Positions 8,518 through 18,839 of a stretch of DNA of 39,712 nucleotides are shown in pieces (the stretch's first letter is position 1; every line of letters begins with the position of its first letter). A program made the translations under genes and the position numbers. The notes under the pieces are model-generated. The model made no database searches and was not told where the DNA came from. It worked only from the letters and a program-made list of their open reading frames with translations. The DNA comes from a virus (taxonomy: Duplodnaviria; Caudoviricetes): the IMG/VR virus record IMGVR_UViG_3300050196_000278, positions 1 to 39,712 of that record; one strand, given 5' to 3'.

Positions 8518-11124
8518 TTATTGTTGAATAGGTTGTTGTTCTTGTTGCTCAATCGGCATTTCTTGACTTTGCGGCTCTTGTTCATCCTGCTCCATAGCGT
8601 CCATTAATGACTGTTCGTTTTGAATATTTTCCGCAAACAATGGCACTCCAACATTTCTTATCAATTCTTGTTCTACTGCTGCCCAACCTCCCAAGTCCAC
8701 GCCCTTGCCCCTCATGTTCATAATCCCCGTCATTAATATTTCTTTTTGACGTTCCTTGCTCATCATGTTTTCAATGTCACCCTTCATGGCAATTTCATCC
8801 TTCATAGTTTGACGTTTAGCCGCCTCTGCTGCTTGTGCTGATTCTTGTTGTCCTTTGAACGTTTGTTCTGCATTCTGCTGTGCTTTTTGCAATTCAGACT
8901 TATTCATTCTTTTTAAAGTCTGCCTATAAAAAAGTTCTGCAAGTTTTACATCTTCTTTAGCTATCCTTGTTATTTTGAAAATATCTAAATAATTGGATAG
9001 TATTGGATTAGCTGCAATCGCTTGGTTCATCGTCTGTACCAACATAGCTACTTCTTGATTGGTTGGTAACATTTTAGCCTCTGCTACAAATTCCCTTCCC
9101 CTAACTTCTTCTTCTCCCAAAATATGGCTATATACTTTTGAGCCATACACGACACTATCGTTTAATAAACATGCTTTTTTTCTACCTGCTTGTTCCATTA
9201 CATACAAGTAAGCATCATACATATAGTCGGTTGCAATGTCGCCTTGCTGTACCGAGGTTTGTACATTCTCTGCCGTTACTCTTGGTTGTGCTGCTTGTGT
9301 AACTATATCAGGGTCGTCCCCCAATTCCGACTTCAATACTTGATAGTGGTGTGCATATAGTGCTATATAAGCATTCATTTGTTCTGCAAAGCCAGAATTT
9401 CTTAACTCGGTGATAGGTACAGGAACTCGGTTGCCTTCACCATCTACTCCCCTATAATAAAGTCGCCCCGTTTGAGCAAAAAGACGTTCATGGTCAACTT
9501 TTTTGTTTTCATTTGCCAACCCGTAATCAATGCTATCTAATGCTGTTTCATCAATCACCCATCCAGAAGGAACGGCTGTTGCAACTAATTGCTGTATCCT
9601 AAACCGCACTAAGCACATGTTTTTAAATGGTTCTTCTACTTTTTGCGGAATAGCTAAATTTCGCATGTCGTAGTTCTGGTACATATAAAAAGAGTATCCG
9701 AAATCTACTTGACATATTTTAGAAGGGTCTTGTGGTCTAATTTGATTTTTCTTTACTTCCCACTTCAACATTATTTTTGCATCCTTTGCGTATATCCCTT
9801 CATAAATATTGTAATCCCGACTTACTATTCTTTCAGAAGCAGAAACTATATCGCTAAGTATTGCATCGCAATTGGAAATATGCTCGTCCAATTTGTCTTG
9901 CGGCAAGTCGTTATTTTTATCTATCGTTTTATGAATATCTCTTAGTTGTTGTGATTTTTCTGAACTTAACTTGCTTTTTTGCTCGTTTAATACATTGGAT
10001 ATTGCAGACTTTAAAACACTGCTATTTTTTTGGGTAGATAATTTTGGCTTTAAGTTGTTGTACATTTTACCAACCGTATTGGCTTCATTTGGATTGCCGA
10101 CCACAAGTTCCCCTTTTTGATTAACCTTCATTGGAAATAATTGTTCTTCCAAATCTCTTATTTCAAAAAACATGACCTCAATAGTGCAGTCATCATAAGG
10201 TCGGTACATAGAAGATGTCCATACAGCGTTGAAACTTGTCTTATCGGGTAGTTGGTAGTTTTTTGCATACTTTGCTATTTCCCATATTTGTTGTTCAGAC
10301 AACTTTCCGCCAAATTGCTTACCAAACCACTTTCTAAGGTCGCTTATTTTTAGGCTATCGTTATGCCCTTTCCATTTTGCATCCCTAAAATCAGGATATT
10401 CGGAATAGGAATAGAAGGAGTTTTCTGGTTTAATATACTTGTCATAAATTTCGCCTTTAGAGTTCATCCCTGTATACATAGCAACCAATCCAACCTCTGC
10501 ACTATCGTGCAACTGCTTTTCTTTTATCACATCAAAAAAACCACTTTCTGCTGCAATGCTATTAATCCCCATTTCGCATTTTATTTCTTCGGGCAAAAAA
10601 TTAAATTGTGCTGCCCATAAATCCAACTCATCTTTATCTTCTGGAACAAATGTATTTTGTGGTCGCAATGGCATACCAGAAGCCTGTTCCATTTGGGCAA
10701 CCTTATCTCTATGTTCGAGGAAAAATTCTGCAAGTTTATATGCCTCATTTTTCTTTATAATAGAATTTGTATCCTTTGCTTTTACTTGTATTTTTTCGTT
10801 TCGCCCCATCCATGCAGAAACTCGTTTAGATATAATAGTGCTGACAGTATGTAGCGTTATCCACATCAAGTTTGCGTAATTCTGTTTCCCGTCAAACCCT
10901 AATTTATCTTGAAATTCAGCTTGTGCATTATAAGTACCATTGGCAATTTGCCTATTCAGTAAAAACCGTGCATTTCTCAAATAATAATAGGACATCGTGC
11001 CAACCATACTACTAAGTATAGTTTCAGCTACTCTTTTACCTGTCTCTATTGATGCTTTATCTTTCGAATCATTAGATAAATCAAAGGCTTTAAGTACGTT
11101 TGAAGAGTTTGATATACTATCCAT
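8518..11124 (-). CDS. Portal protein
   Basis: 868 aa directly downstream of TerL; Q/E-rich coiled C-terminus; LFAQTGRLYYRG. Confidence 0.8.
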   Translation of the reverse strand: MDSISNSSNVLKAFDLSNDSKDKASIETGKRVAETILSSMVGTMSYYYLRNARFLLNRQIANGTYNAQAEFQDKLGFDGKQNYANLMWITLHTVSTIISKRVSAWMGRNEKIQVKAKDTNSIIKKNEAYKLAEFFLEHRDKVAQMEQASGMPLRPQNTFVPEDKDELDLWAAQFNFLPEEIKCEMGINSIAAESGFFDVIKEKQLHDSAEVGLVAMYTGMNSKGEIYDKYIKPENSFYSYSEYPDFRDAKWKGHNDSLKISDLRKWFGKQFGGKLSEQQIWEIAKYAKNYQLPDKTSFNAVWTSSMYRPYDDCTIEVMFFEIRDLEEQLFPMKVNQKGELVVGNPNEANTVGKMYNNLKPKLSTQKNSSVLKSAISNVLNEQKSKLSSEKSQQLRDIHKTIDKNNDLPQDKLDEHISNCDAILSDIVSASERIVSRDYNIYEGIYAKDAKIMLKWEVKKNQIRPQDPSKICQVDFGYSFYMYQNYDMRNLAIPQKVEEPFKNMCLVRFRIQQLVATAVPSGWVIDETALDSIDYGLANENKKVDHERLFAQTGRLYYRGVDGEGNRVPVPITELRNSGFAEQMNAYIALYAHHYQVLKSELGDDPDIVTQAAQPRVTAENVQTSVQQGDIATDYMYDAYLYVMEQAGRKKACLLNDSVVYGSKVYSHILGEEEVRGREFVAEAKMLPTNQEVAMLVQTMNQAIAANPILSNYLDIFKITRIAKEDVKLAELFYRQTLKRMNKSELQKAQQNAEQTFKGQQESAQAAEAAKRQTMKDEIAMKGDIENMMSKERQKEILMTGIMNMRGKGVDLGGWAAVEQELIRNVGVPLFAENIQNEQSLMDAMEQDEQEPQSQEMPIEQQEQQPIQQ

Positions 11125-11156
11125 TTTGCAAAAATGAGATTAAATTTTGATTAAAA

Positions 11157-13256
11157 TTAAGAAACTTTTTCTTTGTACAACGAATTTTCCCAAACTTTTA
11201 TTAATGGGGTTTTTCTTAATGGCGGCGTAATTGCTTTTTCCATCAAGCAAACGAGCAACATTAAGAATGAAACTGTAGTATCAAACTCGGTTCTATTATT
11301 AGGGTCAAATAATTTCGCATCTTCCAACAATTCCTCAAAATCAATATTATCACAATAATTTTCAAAATAAGAAATACCAGTATCAACCTGCTTGGTTAAG
11401 CTGAATGGAGTTGTTGGAAATCCTTTATACCTGTCAGCATCCTTCCTTTTTATAGGGTCTATTGTGCTTAATGGATAAGTTCCCAAATACCCAACTTTGC
11501 CCCTTTCTCTAAAATAAGAAAGGTAATCATCACTATTGTGTTCATACCAAACAAGAAATCCAAAATATTCAGCAGCCATCATTACTTGTTCGTGTAGCTT
11601 TTCCTTTACAGCAGGTCTACCATATAGATGACCTATTGCTTTTCCTGTGTTATTTGGGTTTAAAATGTCGAATTTAAGCCCAATCCACGCAGATGCTTTT
11701 GACCCAAATTTTCCACCCTGACTATTGCTATATCCATCAACGGCTATTGCTCCAATGTCTGTTCTTGCAGGCTTCCTCACTCCATTAATAATAGTCGTTT
11801 TATTTTCCTGCCCATCAGGAGGGAAAGCAATTAATCGCCAATGAAAATTATTTTTAGCAGGGTCAACATCTTTTAATACTACCTCCCATTTATCTGCTGC
11901 AGCATCATATTCTCTTTGAAAAATACATGGACGTTTGTAGATAGGGTTACTTGCTAAATACTGCTCCCTTGCGTCTATATTATTTACATTGAAAATACAT
12001 TTATCCCCGTCTGTGCTAAAAGCCTCATTAATGGTTCTAGCCTCTTTTTTTATCAGATTGGATAACGCCCTTTGGTTATGCGAAACTGCTGCCCTATCTG
12101 CTAATATTTCCTCTACCGTTTTATCTATATCGGAATACCCATAAATGTCAATGTTTCTGCCTCTATCAGCCGTCATAAAAAACCGATAAAGCCCGCTAGC
12201 TGTTCTGCCGTTACCTTTTCTTTCTAATTGGTTACTATCATTCCACAAACTCTTTGCAGCCTCTTGAATGCCATCTCTTTCAGTATCAAGTTTTTCTACT
12301 GTTGACGAGAATAATGCCTTGCCAATGATTCTGCCATTATCATCTAATAAGCAGTATTTGAATACATCCCATCTATCATAGATGTTACACTCAATTGTTT
12401 TTGCCCACTCATCGTGAAACCCTCTCTGTATTTTTTGTCCATCATAATAAATAGGGTCAGCACTTCCCCAATCTATCATTGAACCTAATTCGTCTTTGTC
12501 TAATCCATCTTCCGCCTTTTTCCCCCTTACATTTGTTTGTTGAAAACGGATTTCGGTCTTAGGTGTAATACCTAATGACATATCATATTCTGGTCTAAAA
12601 AATCTTGGCAGTTTTTTAAATGGGCTTATTACTGCTTTTGCAAAAACTTTTTTAGCATCTCCCCCTGTTTTAGACTGAATAGCCCCGTTGGTCATTTTTG
12701 TCCTAGTAGTATATTCATACAAAAATAAGCCTCCTCGAAAAGTCTTCCCAAACCTTCGTTTAGTAATTTCGAGCATACCAAAACAATCAGGGTCTTCTAT
12801 ACAATACTGTAAAAAATAAAAATAATCTAAGTCGGGGAATCTAAATCTTGGATAGCCAACGTCAATCTGCCACCACTGCATAAACATATAATGGCTTCCA
12901 GTTAGGTATACAGGTTCTCCAATTTTCGTTAATGGATTATAGTTCAAAAACCAAAACCCATTTAACCTTCTATCCCACTCTTGCTTTTGATACTCGTTTA
13001 AATTATCATCATAAAAATCAGGCTCGCCTTCTTTTTGTTTTTTCTCGTAATCCGACCACCTTTTTACTGTTTCTTTATACCAATGCGGAAGCGGTTTTCT
13101 TTCCCAATACTGCTCTCTTGGGTCTATCGACCTACTATAAACACCCCTGTACTCTAGCTTTTTTGAAACTACATTGTACACGTATCCGACGGGGGGAATC
13201 CAAATGGATAATCCTTGAATATCTATACAATTTCCACCTTCTATTGAGCTATACAT
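11157..13256 (-). CDS. terL: Terminase large subunit
   Basis: Walker A TKRRFGKT, Walker B GFHDEWAK, nuclease AIAVDGY and EFDTTVS; 699 aa. Confidence 0.9.
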   Translation of the reverse strand: MYSSIEGGNCIDIQGLSIWIPPVGYVYNVVSKKLEYRGVYSRSIDPREQYWERKPLPHWYKETVKRWSDYEKKQKEGEPDFYDDNLNEYQKQEWDRRLNGFWFLNYNPLTKIGEPVYLTGSHYMFMQWWQIDVGYPRFRFPDLDYFYFLQYCIEDPDCFGMLEITKRRFGKTFRGGLFLYEYTTRTKMTNGAIQSKTGGDAKKVFAKAVISPFKKLPRFFRPEYDMSLGITPKTEIRFQQTNVRGKKAEDGLDKDELGSMIDWGSADPIYYDGQKIQRGFHDEWAKTIECNIYDRWDVFKYCLLDDNGRIIGKALFSSTVEKLDTERDGIQEAAKSLWNDSNQLERKGNGRTASGLYRFFMTADRGRNIDIYGYSDIDKTVEEILADRAAVSHNQRALSNLIKKEARTINEAFSTDGDKCIFNVNNIDAREQYLASNPIYKRPCIFQREYDAAADKWEVVLKDVDPAKNNFHWRLIAFPPDGQENKTTIINGVRKPARTDIGAIAVDGYSNSQGGKFGSKASAWIGLKFDILNPNNTGKAIGHLYGRPAVKEKLHEQVMMAAEYFGFLVWYEHNSDDYLSYFRERGKVGYLGTYPLSTIDPIKRKDADRYKGFPTTPFSLTKQVDTGISYFENYCDNIDFEELLEDAKLFDPNNRTEFDTTVSFLMLLVCLMEKAITPPLRKTPLIKVWENSLYKEKVS

Positions 13257-13621
13257 TATACTTCTTGGGTTTTATTATCACCAATTTCTTGTGCTATACT
13301 TTCAGATGAAATCATTTTCTTTAATTCGCTTTTTTCTTCATTAGGGTCTATTTTTAGCATAATCCTTAATTCGGAAATAGATGAAATCATTTTAGGCAAA
13401 TTTTCCCAAATATCCTTTGCCCTCATATATGTTGCATCCTCTTTTGTTGTCTTAGATATTTCATCTTTTATCTTAAAACTTCGCAAAAATTGTATTTGCT
13501 GGTTTTGAATATTAACCAATACATAATACCCGCTTTTTGCGGAATTTTCTTCTTTGTATAAAGCAAGTTCTTTTTCTAAAAATGCTATCTGTGCTTTTAA
13601 GCTACATTCTGTTTCCATCAT
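13256..13621 (-). CDS. Hypothetical protein, candidate terminase small subunit
   Basis: 121 aa helical ORF overlapping the terL start; function inferred from position only. Confidence 0.4.
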   Translation of the reverse strand: MMETECSLKAQIAFLEKELALYKEENSAKSGYYVLVNIQNQQIQFLRSFKIKDEISKTTKEDATYMRAKDIWENLPKMISSISELRIMLKIDPNEEKSELKKMISSESIAQEIGDNKTQEV

Positions 13622-14283
13622 TCTATTTTTTTAGCATCATTAACATTGTATCCAACTAGTAAATTACCATTTAAAACTTGTTCTGTAGAATACTTATCAA
13701 TGGATAATATTTGTTGCCGAAAATCCTCTATTTCTCCAAAGTGTCGTACCCTTATCAATTTTTCTTCTTGCCCGTTTTCGTTGTTGAATATTATTTCATA
13801 ATCACTATTGGGTCTTGTCATAACGACTTTCCCCTCAAAAGCTCCTGTTGTAATAAATAGTTTTTGAGCTATCAGTGTAGGGGGTATACTTTTTATTGCA
13901 CCGCCATAAGGCTTAAATATCCTCAATCCAAATTCATACGGGAATAGTGGCTTCCATTTGTCTGCACCTATTCGCCACCCATAAACATCATGTGGTGGTA
14001 TTGAAAAGTATTGCGTATCACTTGCTATTGCACTTCCATCTATTCCTTTGTATCCAAACAATTTATGTGTATCATGCGTAGCATTGTGGTTAAGTAATAC
14101 CTCTGCTCCTACTGGTATTTTGTCGCAAGCCATTACTATGCCATTAACAGGCTGCGTTATCCTTCTATCAAATTCATCCACGTCCCGTCTTAAACCTATT
14201 TCAAATCCGTTTTCAAATCGGTGTCGGTTTTTATAATTCATATCTACCGAACAAATCACCCTATCGTATACCGCTTCTAACAT
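13618..14283 (-). CDS. Divergent GroES-fold-like protein
   Basis: N-terminus AVYDRVICSV resembles GroES PLYDQVVIK; NGIV...IPVGAEVLLNH. Confidence 0.45.
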   Translation of the reverse strand: MLEAVYDRVICSVDMNYKNRHRFENGFEIGLRRDVDEFDRRITQPVNGIVMACDKIPVGAEVLLNHNATHDTHKLFGYKGIDGSAIASDTQYFSIPPHDVYGWRIGADKWKPLFPYEFGLRIFKPYGGAIKSIPPTLIAQKLFITTGAFEGKVVMTRPNSDYEIIFNNENGQEEKLIRVRHFGEIEDFRQQILSIDKYSTEQVLNGNLLVGYNVNDAKKIE

Positions 14284-15083
14284 TCGCTAAATAATTTATT
14301 TGAAATAAGCTCTAGTTGTTGTTGGTGCATAAACTCATATCCATTTGCTCCCATTGGTATTACGTTTGGCATTTTTTCAAATACCTCTAACACTCTTTTT
14401 ACCTTCAATCCCTCTGCTATTTGAAATGCTTGCGATTGATTTCCTAGGTAGAATTTACAATTGTTTATCTCTTGTGCTAAATGAAGAAAATTATCGACTA
14501 TCAATAACGGCATATCCAAGCCCCATTCTTTACAAAATGTTTGATGCTCTGTTGGTAATCCCGCAAAAACTAATGATTGCTCATTCTGTTTTAAGAAGAA
14601 ATAAGTAGTATAGTTATTAAAATACCGAAGCGTCCTGTTGATTATAACCTTGCCGCTTGCCTTTAATTCAAAATTAGGGCTTGGTATAGACAACCATTTT
14701 TCACTAAGGTCGCATATCATTTCAGGGTAGATAAAAAATAGCCATCTATTGATACTGTAATTTGGCATTGGTGTATAATGATAGCTTCTAATTACATCTA
14801 AATCATAATCAAAATGCTGCCCATTGTACTTTACAAAATCGGCTACCCATTCTTGTGCCATTACCAATAGACGAACCATGTCGAACATGTACTCATTCAT
14901 GCAAACATCAAATCCATTTTCATCTTGAAATGGATGAATCGAGCCTTGCATTCCGCTACCTACCATACCTATTCTTTGGTAGATAATTATCTTGCAATTT
15001 CGAGATTTAGCTAATTGTCGTAACCCTGCAAAATAAGAGATAAGGTCTCCTGTGGGAGAAGATGTCTTTACGGAAATTACCAT
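14277..15083 (-). CDS. GT-B glycosyltransferase-like protein (GT9-like)
   Basis: N-terminal TGDLI; C-terminal LAQEINNCKFYLGNQSQAFQIAEGLKV. Confidence 0.65.
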   Translation of the reverse strand: MVISVKTSSPTGDLISYFAGLRQLAKSRNCKIIIYQRIGMVGSGMQGSIHPFQDENGFDVCMNEYMFDMVRLLVMAQEWVADFVKYNGQHFDYDLDVIRSYHYTPMPNYSINRWLFFIYPEMICDLSEKWLSIPSPNFELKASGKVIINRTLRYFNNYTTYFFLKQNEQSLVFAGLPTEHQTFCKEWGLDMPLLIVDNFLHLAQEINNCKFYLGNQSQAFQIAEGLKVKRVLEVFEKMPNVIPMGANGYEFMHQQQLELISNKLFSEC

Positions 15084-15109
15084 AAAATTAAAATTCGATT
15101 AAATCATTC

Positions 15110-15142
15110 CAAAAATAGCACTATTTTTACATTGCCAACAAA
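15110..15142 (-). promoter_or_regulatory. Bacteroidota sigmaA-type promoter, leftward
   Basis: On - strand TTTG (15142-15139), N21, TATTTTTG (15117-15110). Confidence 0.65.
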
Positions 15143-15170
15143 TATTTATTAAAAACAAAAAACAAAAGAA

Positions 15171-15449
15171 ATGGCACAACAATTTGTAGCATCAATTTAC
15201 CGATATGGTAGAGAAGATGCAACCGCACAGTTTTCAACAGCAGGGAACACTATTCCTGCAAAAATGGGTATCTCTGAAACTTTTTCGCCAACCAACACAA
15301 GGTTTCACCCCGTACACGGGTCAGTTACTGCGTGTGGCGTAACAATGAACTCTATTATTGAGTTATTGCCTTCTGGATTGAGACAGTACAGTACGAACTT
15401 TTATTCTGACCGAACTGTGGCTCAATTGCTAGCATTGGCAAATGCTTAG
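15171..15449 (+). CDS. Hypothetical protein, lone counter-oriented gene
   Basis: 92 aa, poly-A leader, followed by a terminator. Confidence 0.7.
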   Translation: MAQQFVASIYRYGREDATAQFSTAGNTIPAKMGISETFSPTNTRFHPVHGSVTACGVTMNSIIELLPSGLRQYSTNFYSDRTVAQLLALANA

Positions 15450-15457
15450 TAAAAAAG

Positions 15458-15487
15458 AAAAAGCCTCTTAAATTTAAGAGGCTTTTT
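15458..15487. terminator. Bidirectional intrinsic terminator
   Basis: Palindrome AAAAAGCCTCTTAAATTTAAGAGGCTTTTT between convergent genes. Confidence 0.85.
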
Positions 15488-15489
15488 TA

Positions 15490-16278
15490 TTAAATGTCTA
15501 TTCCGTTTATGCAATCTCTTTCTTTTGCCCACTCTTGTATAAATATTGGCAATGACTCTTTAATGGGTATCAAATCTTCTTTTATAAACCCCATTGAGAA
15601 AGGTTCAAATCCATTGGGCATGTTATCCACCCTGCTATCATGGGTCATTAAGAATATTTCATCCTGAATGTGCTTTATCTTTTCTATATGCTTGTGCTTG
15701 TCTCTTACAAATCCCATATGGTAAATTCTAATCTTATCAATGTATTCGGTAGATGCGGGACAAAGGATGCTTTCCGCATCATCAATAGACTGATATTTAG
15801 TTTTGCAAAGTCTAATCACTTCTGTGCTTACTGGCTTTCTTTCTTGTGACACATTCAATTGGTGCTGGCTATTTCCCCAAAGATTTATTCGTTCTAAATA
15901 AAACCCCTCTTCGTTTCTTTCAATTGCTTCACGAATTGCAGAGAAGCATGATTCATGGATTATTTCGTCCCCTTGAAGATTTATTTGCCATTCATAGCCC
16001 AATGCTTTCGCATTATTAATCGCAATGTTTGTAAAGTAGGCTAATTTCTCCCTGCCCTTAATTGCATCCCATTCTGACTTGTGCCTAAAAAGAACAATTG
16101 TTTTAGTATCAAAATCCATCATCTTCATTAATGATTCTTGAGTGCCATCATCTGAACCGCAATCAACTACTATTACAGCATCGCATAATGCCTTTAAGCA
16201 ATTCAACGCCTCCTTATAACAATAGTCCTGTGAAATTCCATTATAAACGATTAATGTACCTGCAATTCGGTTGCCCAT
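15490..16278 (-). CDS. Family 2-like glycosyltransferase
   Basis: VIVVDCGSDDGT, LQGDE (DxD-like), IYHMGFVR. Confidence 0.85.
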   Translation of the reverse strand: MGNRIAGTLIVYNGISQDYCYKEALNCLKALCDAVIVVDCGSDDGTQESLMKMMDFDTKTIVLFRHKSEWDAIKGREKLAYFTNIAINNAKALGYEWQINLQGDEIIHESCFSAIREAIERNEEGFYLERINLWGNSQHQLNVSQERKPVSTEVIRLCKTKYQSIDDAESILCPASTEYIDKIRIYHMGFVRDKHKHIEKIKHIQDEIFLMTHDSRVDNMPNGFEPFSMGFIKEDLIPIKESLPIFIQEWAKERDCINGIDI

Positions 16279-16850
16279 GATTTTTGTTTTAGTTCGTTTT
16301 TTATACGCTCAAATTCTTGTTCTGTATTATGATTTATGGCTTTCATAAAAAACCATGCTCCTATATTAAGTGTTGGATGATATTTTGGGAACACTATTTT
16401 AATCCACGAATTATCAAACTCATCTGGCTTCCAAATGCTTCTATGGCTTTCAGGATTTGTATCATCTGCATTTGTCATCATCCATTCATCCAATGGTGTA
16501 AAGAAAACCATTCTGTCGCAATGCCTAAACATAGAGCTTATTTGCTTCCACCCATATTCTTTTGTAACATGCTCTATTTGGTCAAGAGAATAAATAACAT
16601 CATAGCATTTCGTGTCTTTTAAAAACTGTAAAGCATCTGCCTGAATAAATAGCTGCTGTTCTTCTTGAAAGTCCAATTCCCTTGGCAAAATATCTATGTA
16701 AGTTCTTTGCTCAAATCCTAATCTTGGCGTAAACGGACTGTGATTACAACCAATATCCAAAAATGAATTTCTTTTTGCTCCTGTTAAGGCATTTAAGCAA
16801 TCTAAGTAAACTATATCGTTTCCGTGTATGTTCTCAAATACTATTTTCAT
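16251..16850 (-). CDS. Class I SAM-dependent methyltransferase
   Basis: FLDIGCN, QADAL, YDVIYSLDQIEH. Confidence 0.8.
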   Translation of the reverse strand: MKIVFENIHGNDIVYLDCLNALTGAKRNSFLDIGCNHSPFTPRLGFEQRTYIDILPRELDFQEEQQLFIQADALQFLKDTKCYDVIYSLDQIEHVTKEYGWKQISSMFRHCDRMVFFTPLDEWMMTNADDTNPESHRSIWKPDEFDNSWIKIVFPKYHPTLNIGAWFFMKAINHNTEQEFERIKNELKQKSWATELQVH

Positions 16851-18268
16851 TGTGGCAATAATTTATTTACAGCGTTTAAGATTTGGAAGTGAGTAAAAGT
16901 ACAACAAGGCGGCATAAATTCATTATACTCACAAACTTTTCCTGTGGTTGAGTTTTCTATCTCATGGTAACAGCGTCTATTGTTACCACTTGGGCATTCA
17001 TTTTGCACTACTTGTATTTTTGAGAAATCAGAATACCTCTTAGTCAAATCAACCGACCCTGCCATAATTACTGCTGGCACTCCTAATGCTACTGCGATAT
17101 GATTTGGCGATGAATCAATTCCAATCAACACATCACACCCCTTAATTATAAACATAAGCATTTGCAATGTAGGCGTATTTAAAAACGGAGCTACTATTTT
17201 ATTTGCCCTACGACCTATTTGAAACACTTGGTAGCCTAATCTTTGATAGTAATTGACAATAAAAGACCAATCAACTCCATGTTCGTTTCTATATTCAAGA
17301 CCCACTTCATCAACATGAATCAAAATATATTTACTAAAAAGCATTTCATCTTTTGTTGCAGCAATACTTAATTTCGAATTTTGCATTTTCCCGTCCATAA
17401 TCCCTGCAAATTCAAAATAAGATTGCAATACGGGCTGCATTGGTTTTGCTTCATACGTACCGTCAAAGTTAATAATTCTTTCGGGAATTATTTTAGGGTT
17501 CATTTCTGAAATGTGCTTGATATGATAATGATGCTGAAAAAATATAGCCATAAATCGTGGCAACGTATTCAAGACCACTTGATAGCCTTTATTATGAAAA
17601 TAATCTACAACAGGCATTAACATGATTAAATCACCAAGAGCGTCAGTCCTTTGTAAAATTATATGCGGTTTAAATGGCTCGTGGAAGTGTCCATGGAATC
17701 CAAGTGTTTTTTGTATTGGCTCATTTAGTTCAAAAGAAAAGTTATCCGTAACTTCTTCTGTGGCAAATTTTATAGCATGTTCTTTTTCAAGATATTCTCC
17801 ATAAAGTCTACAAATAGCATCATCTTCCTGTTCTGTACATTTTATAAAATCATCTGTACCTAATGCTATTTGTAGTTTTTTTGACCTTAAAGAAAATCCG
17901 CCGTTACCAACATTTCTTTCCCCTTTACCATATGTCCATTTTGCCCCAATATAGTCGTAATCAAGAAAGCTACCAATCCAACTGTCACCATTCAAAATAT
18001 ACCCGTCATGTTGCACTACTAGGACAAAATCGGTATAAAAATATTTGTATAAGTCCTTCATTATAAATCGACTATACTCATTTTTTGATTTTATAGCGTC
18101 AATTTTGATTACTTCGATACCATCGACTACCAAATCAATATCAGTCAATAAAAGGCATCTTGCAGGAGTAACTTGTTGTAAACACTTTTTTAAAGCATTT
18201 ATAGCTAACCCGTAATTAACCGTATCTACGCAAATAATTGTTACGTCTTTTATTTCTTTTGGTGTCAT
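16847..18268 (-). CDS. DUF5672-like domain fused to a GT9-like glycosyltransferase
   Basis: QHDGYILN, YDYIGAKW, VGNGGFSLRSKKL; then RTDALGDLIM and IGIDSSPNHIAVALGVP. Confidence 0.75.
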   Translation of the reverse strand: MTPKEIKDVTIICVDTVNYGLAINALKKCLQQVTPARCLLLTDIDLVVDGIEVIKIDAIKSKNEYSRFIMKDLYKYFYTDFVLVVQHDGYILNGDSWIGSFLDYDYIGAKWTYGKGERNVGNGGFSLRSKKLQIALGTDDFIKCTEQEDDAICRLYGEYLEKEHAIKFATEEVTDNFSFELNEPIQKTLGFHGHFHEPFKPHIILQRTDALGDLIMLMPVVDYFHNKGYQVVLNTLPRFMAIFFQHHYHIKHISEMNPKIIPERIINFDGTYEAKPMQPVLQSYFEFAGIMDGKMQNSKLSIAATKDEMLFSKYILIHVDEVGLEYRNEHGVDWSFIVNYYQRLGYQVFQIGRRANKIVAPFLNTPTLQMLMFIIKGCDVLIGIDSSPNHIAVALGVPAVIMAGSVDLTKRYSDFSKIQVVQNECPSGNNRRCYHEIENSTTGKVCEYNEFMPPCCTFTHFQILNAVNKLLPQ

Positions 18269-18272
18269 TAGG

Positions 18273-18839
18273 TTACTTGAATTTAGTTTGTGCTATTTTA
18301 TTTTTATTTTTGGCTATCCAAAATGGGTCATAAATCAATTCGAATTTCCATCCAAAATATTTTCTTGACGGGCTTTTCATGCTCCTTTGTATGCCTTGAT
18401 ATGGAATTTTCAAAAATCTAGCCATTTCTCTTATCCCCTCCATTTCTAAAACTATCGACAACCCATCCTTATAAGCAATGACCGTTTTCCTTCTGTCTTT
18501 ATTAACCGCACCCTTTCTACCAAGACTAATAACGGAATGGATGCTTTGCTCTTTCATGGTAGCCCACTCTAAGTTTTCAACCCTATTGTCATTTCTAATC
18601 CCGTTTTTATGGTTTATAGTTGGCTTGTTTTCTGCATTTTTAATAAATGCAACGCCAACTAAGCGATGGACTAGGTGTCTATGCCATTTACCATCTATAT
18701 CTAAACTTAGATGAGGATATCCGCCTTGATTTAAGGGGGTTTTAAGTATGCCGCTTTTAGAAGACCACACCCTACCCATACTTGATACAAAGTATTTATT
18801 TCCAAAAGAACTCTCACCTATTTCTTTCCAATATTCCAT
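18273..18839 (-). CDS. HNH homing endonuclease (NUMOD4-type N-terminus)
   Basis: EYWKEI..YFVSSMGRV, VHRLV..AFI, INHKNGIRNDNRVENLEW; ATG at 18839 preferred over 18884. Confidence 0.88.
   Translation of the reverse strand: MEYWKEIGESSFGNKYFVSSMGRVWSSKSGILKTPLNQGGYPHLSLDIDGKWHRHLVHRLVGVAFIKNAENKPTINHKNGIRNDNRVENLEWATMKEQSIHSVISLGRKGAVNKDRRKTVIAYKDGLSIVLEMEGIREMARFLKIPYQGIQRSMKSPSRKYFGWKFELIYDPFWIAKNKNKIAQTKFK

Noticed and set aside
9820-10100. Intein in the portal
   Set aside because: No C/S start block with His-Asn end and no LAGLIDADG motif seen.
1493-14608. Numerous + strand ORFs opposite structural genes (e.g. 2251..2571, 7786..8151, 10556..10879)
   Set aside because: Antisense shadows of well-supported - strand genes.
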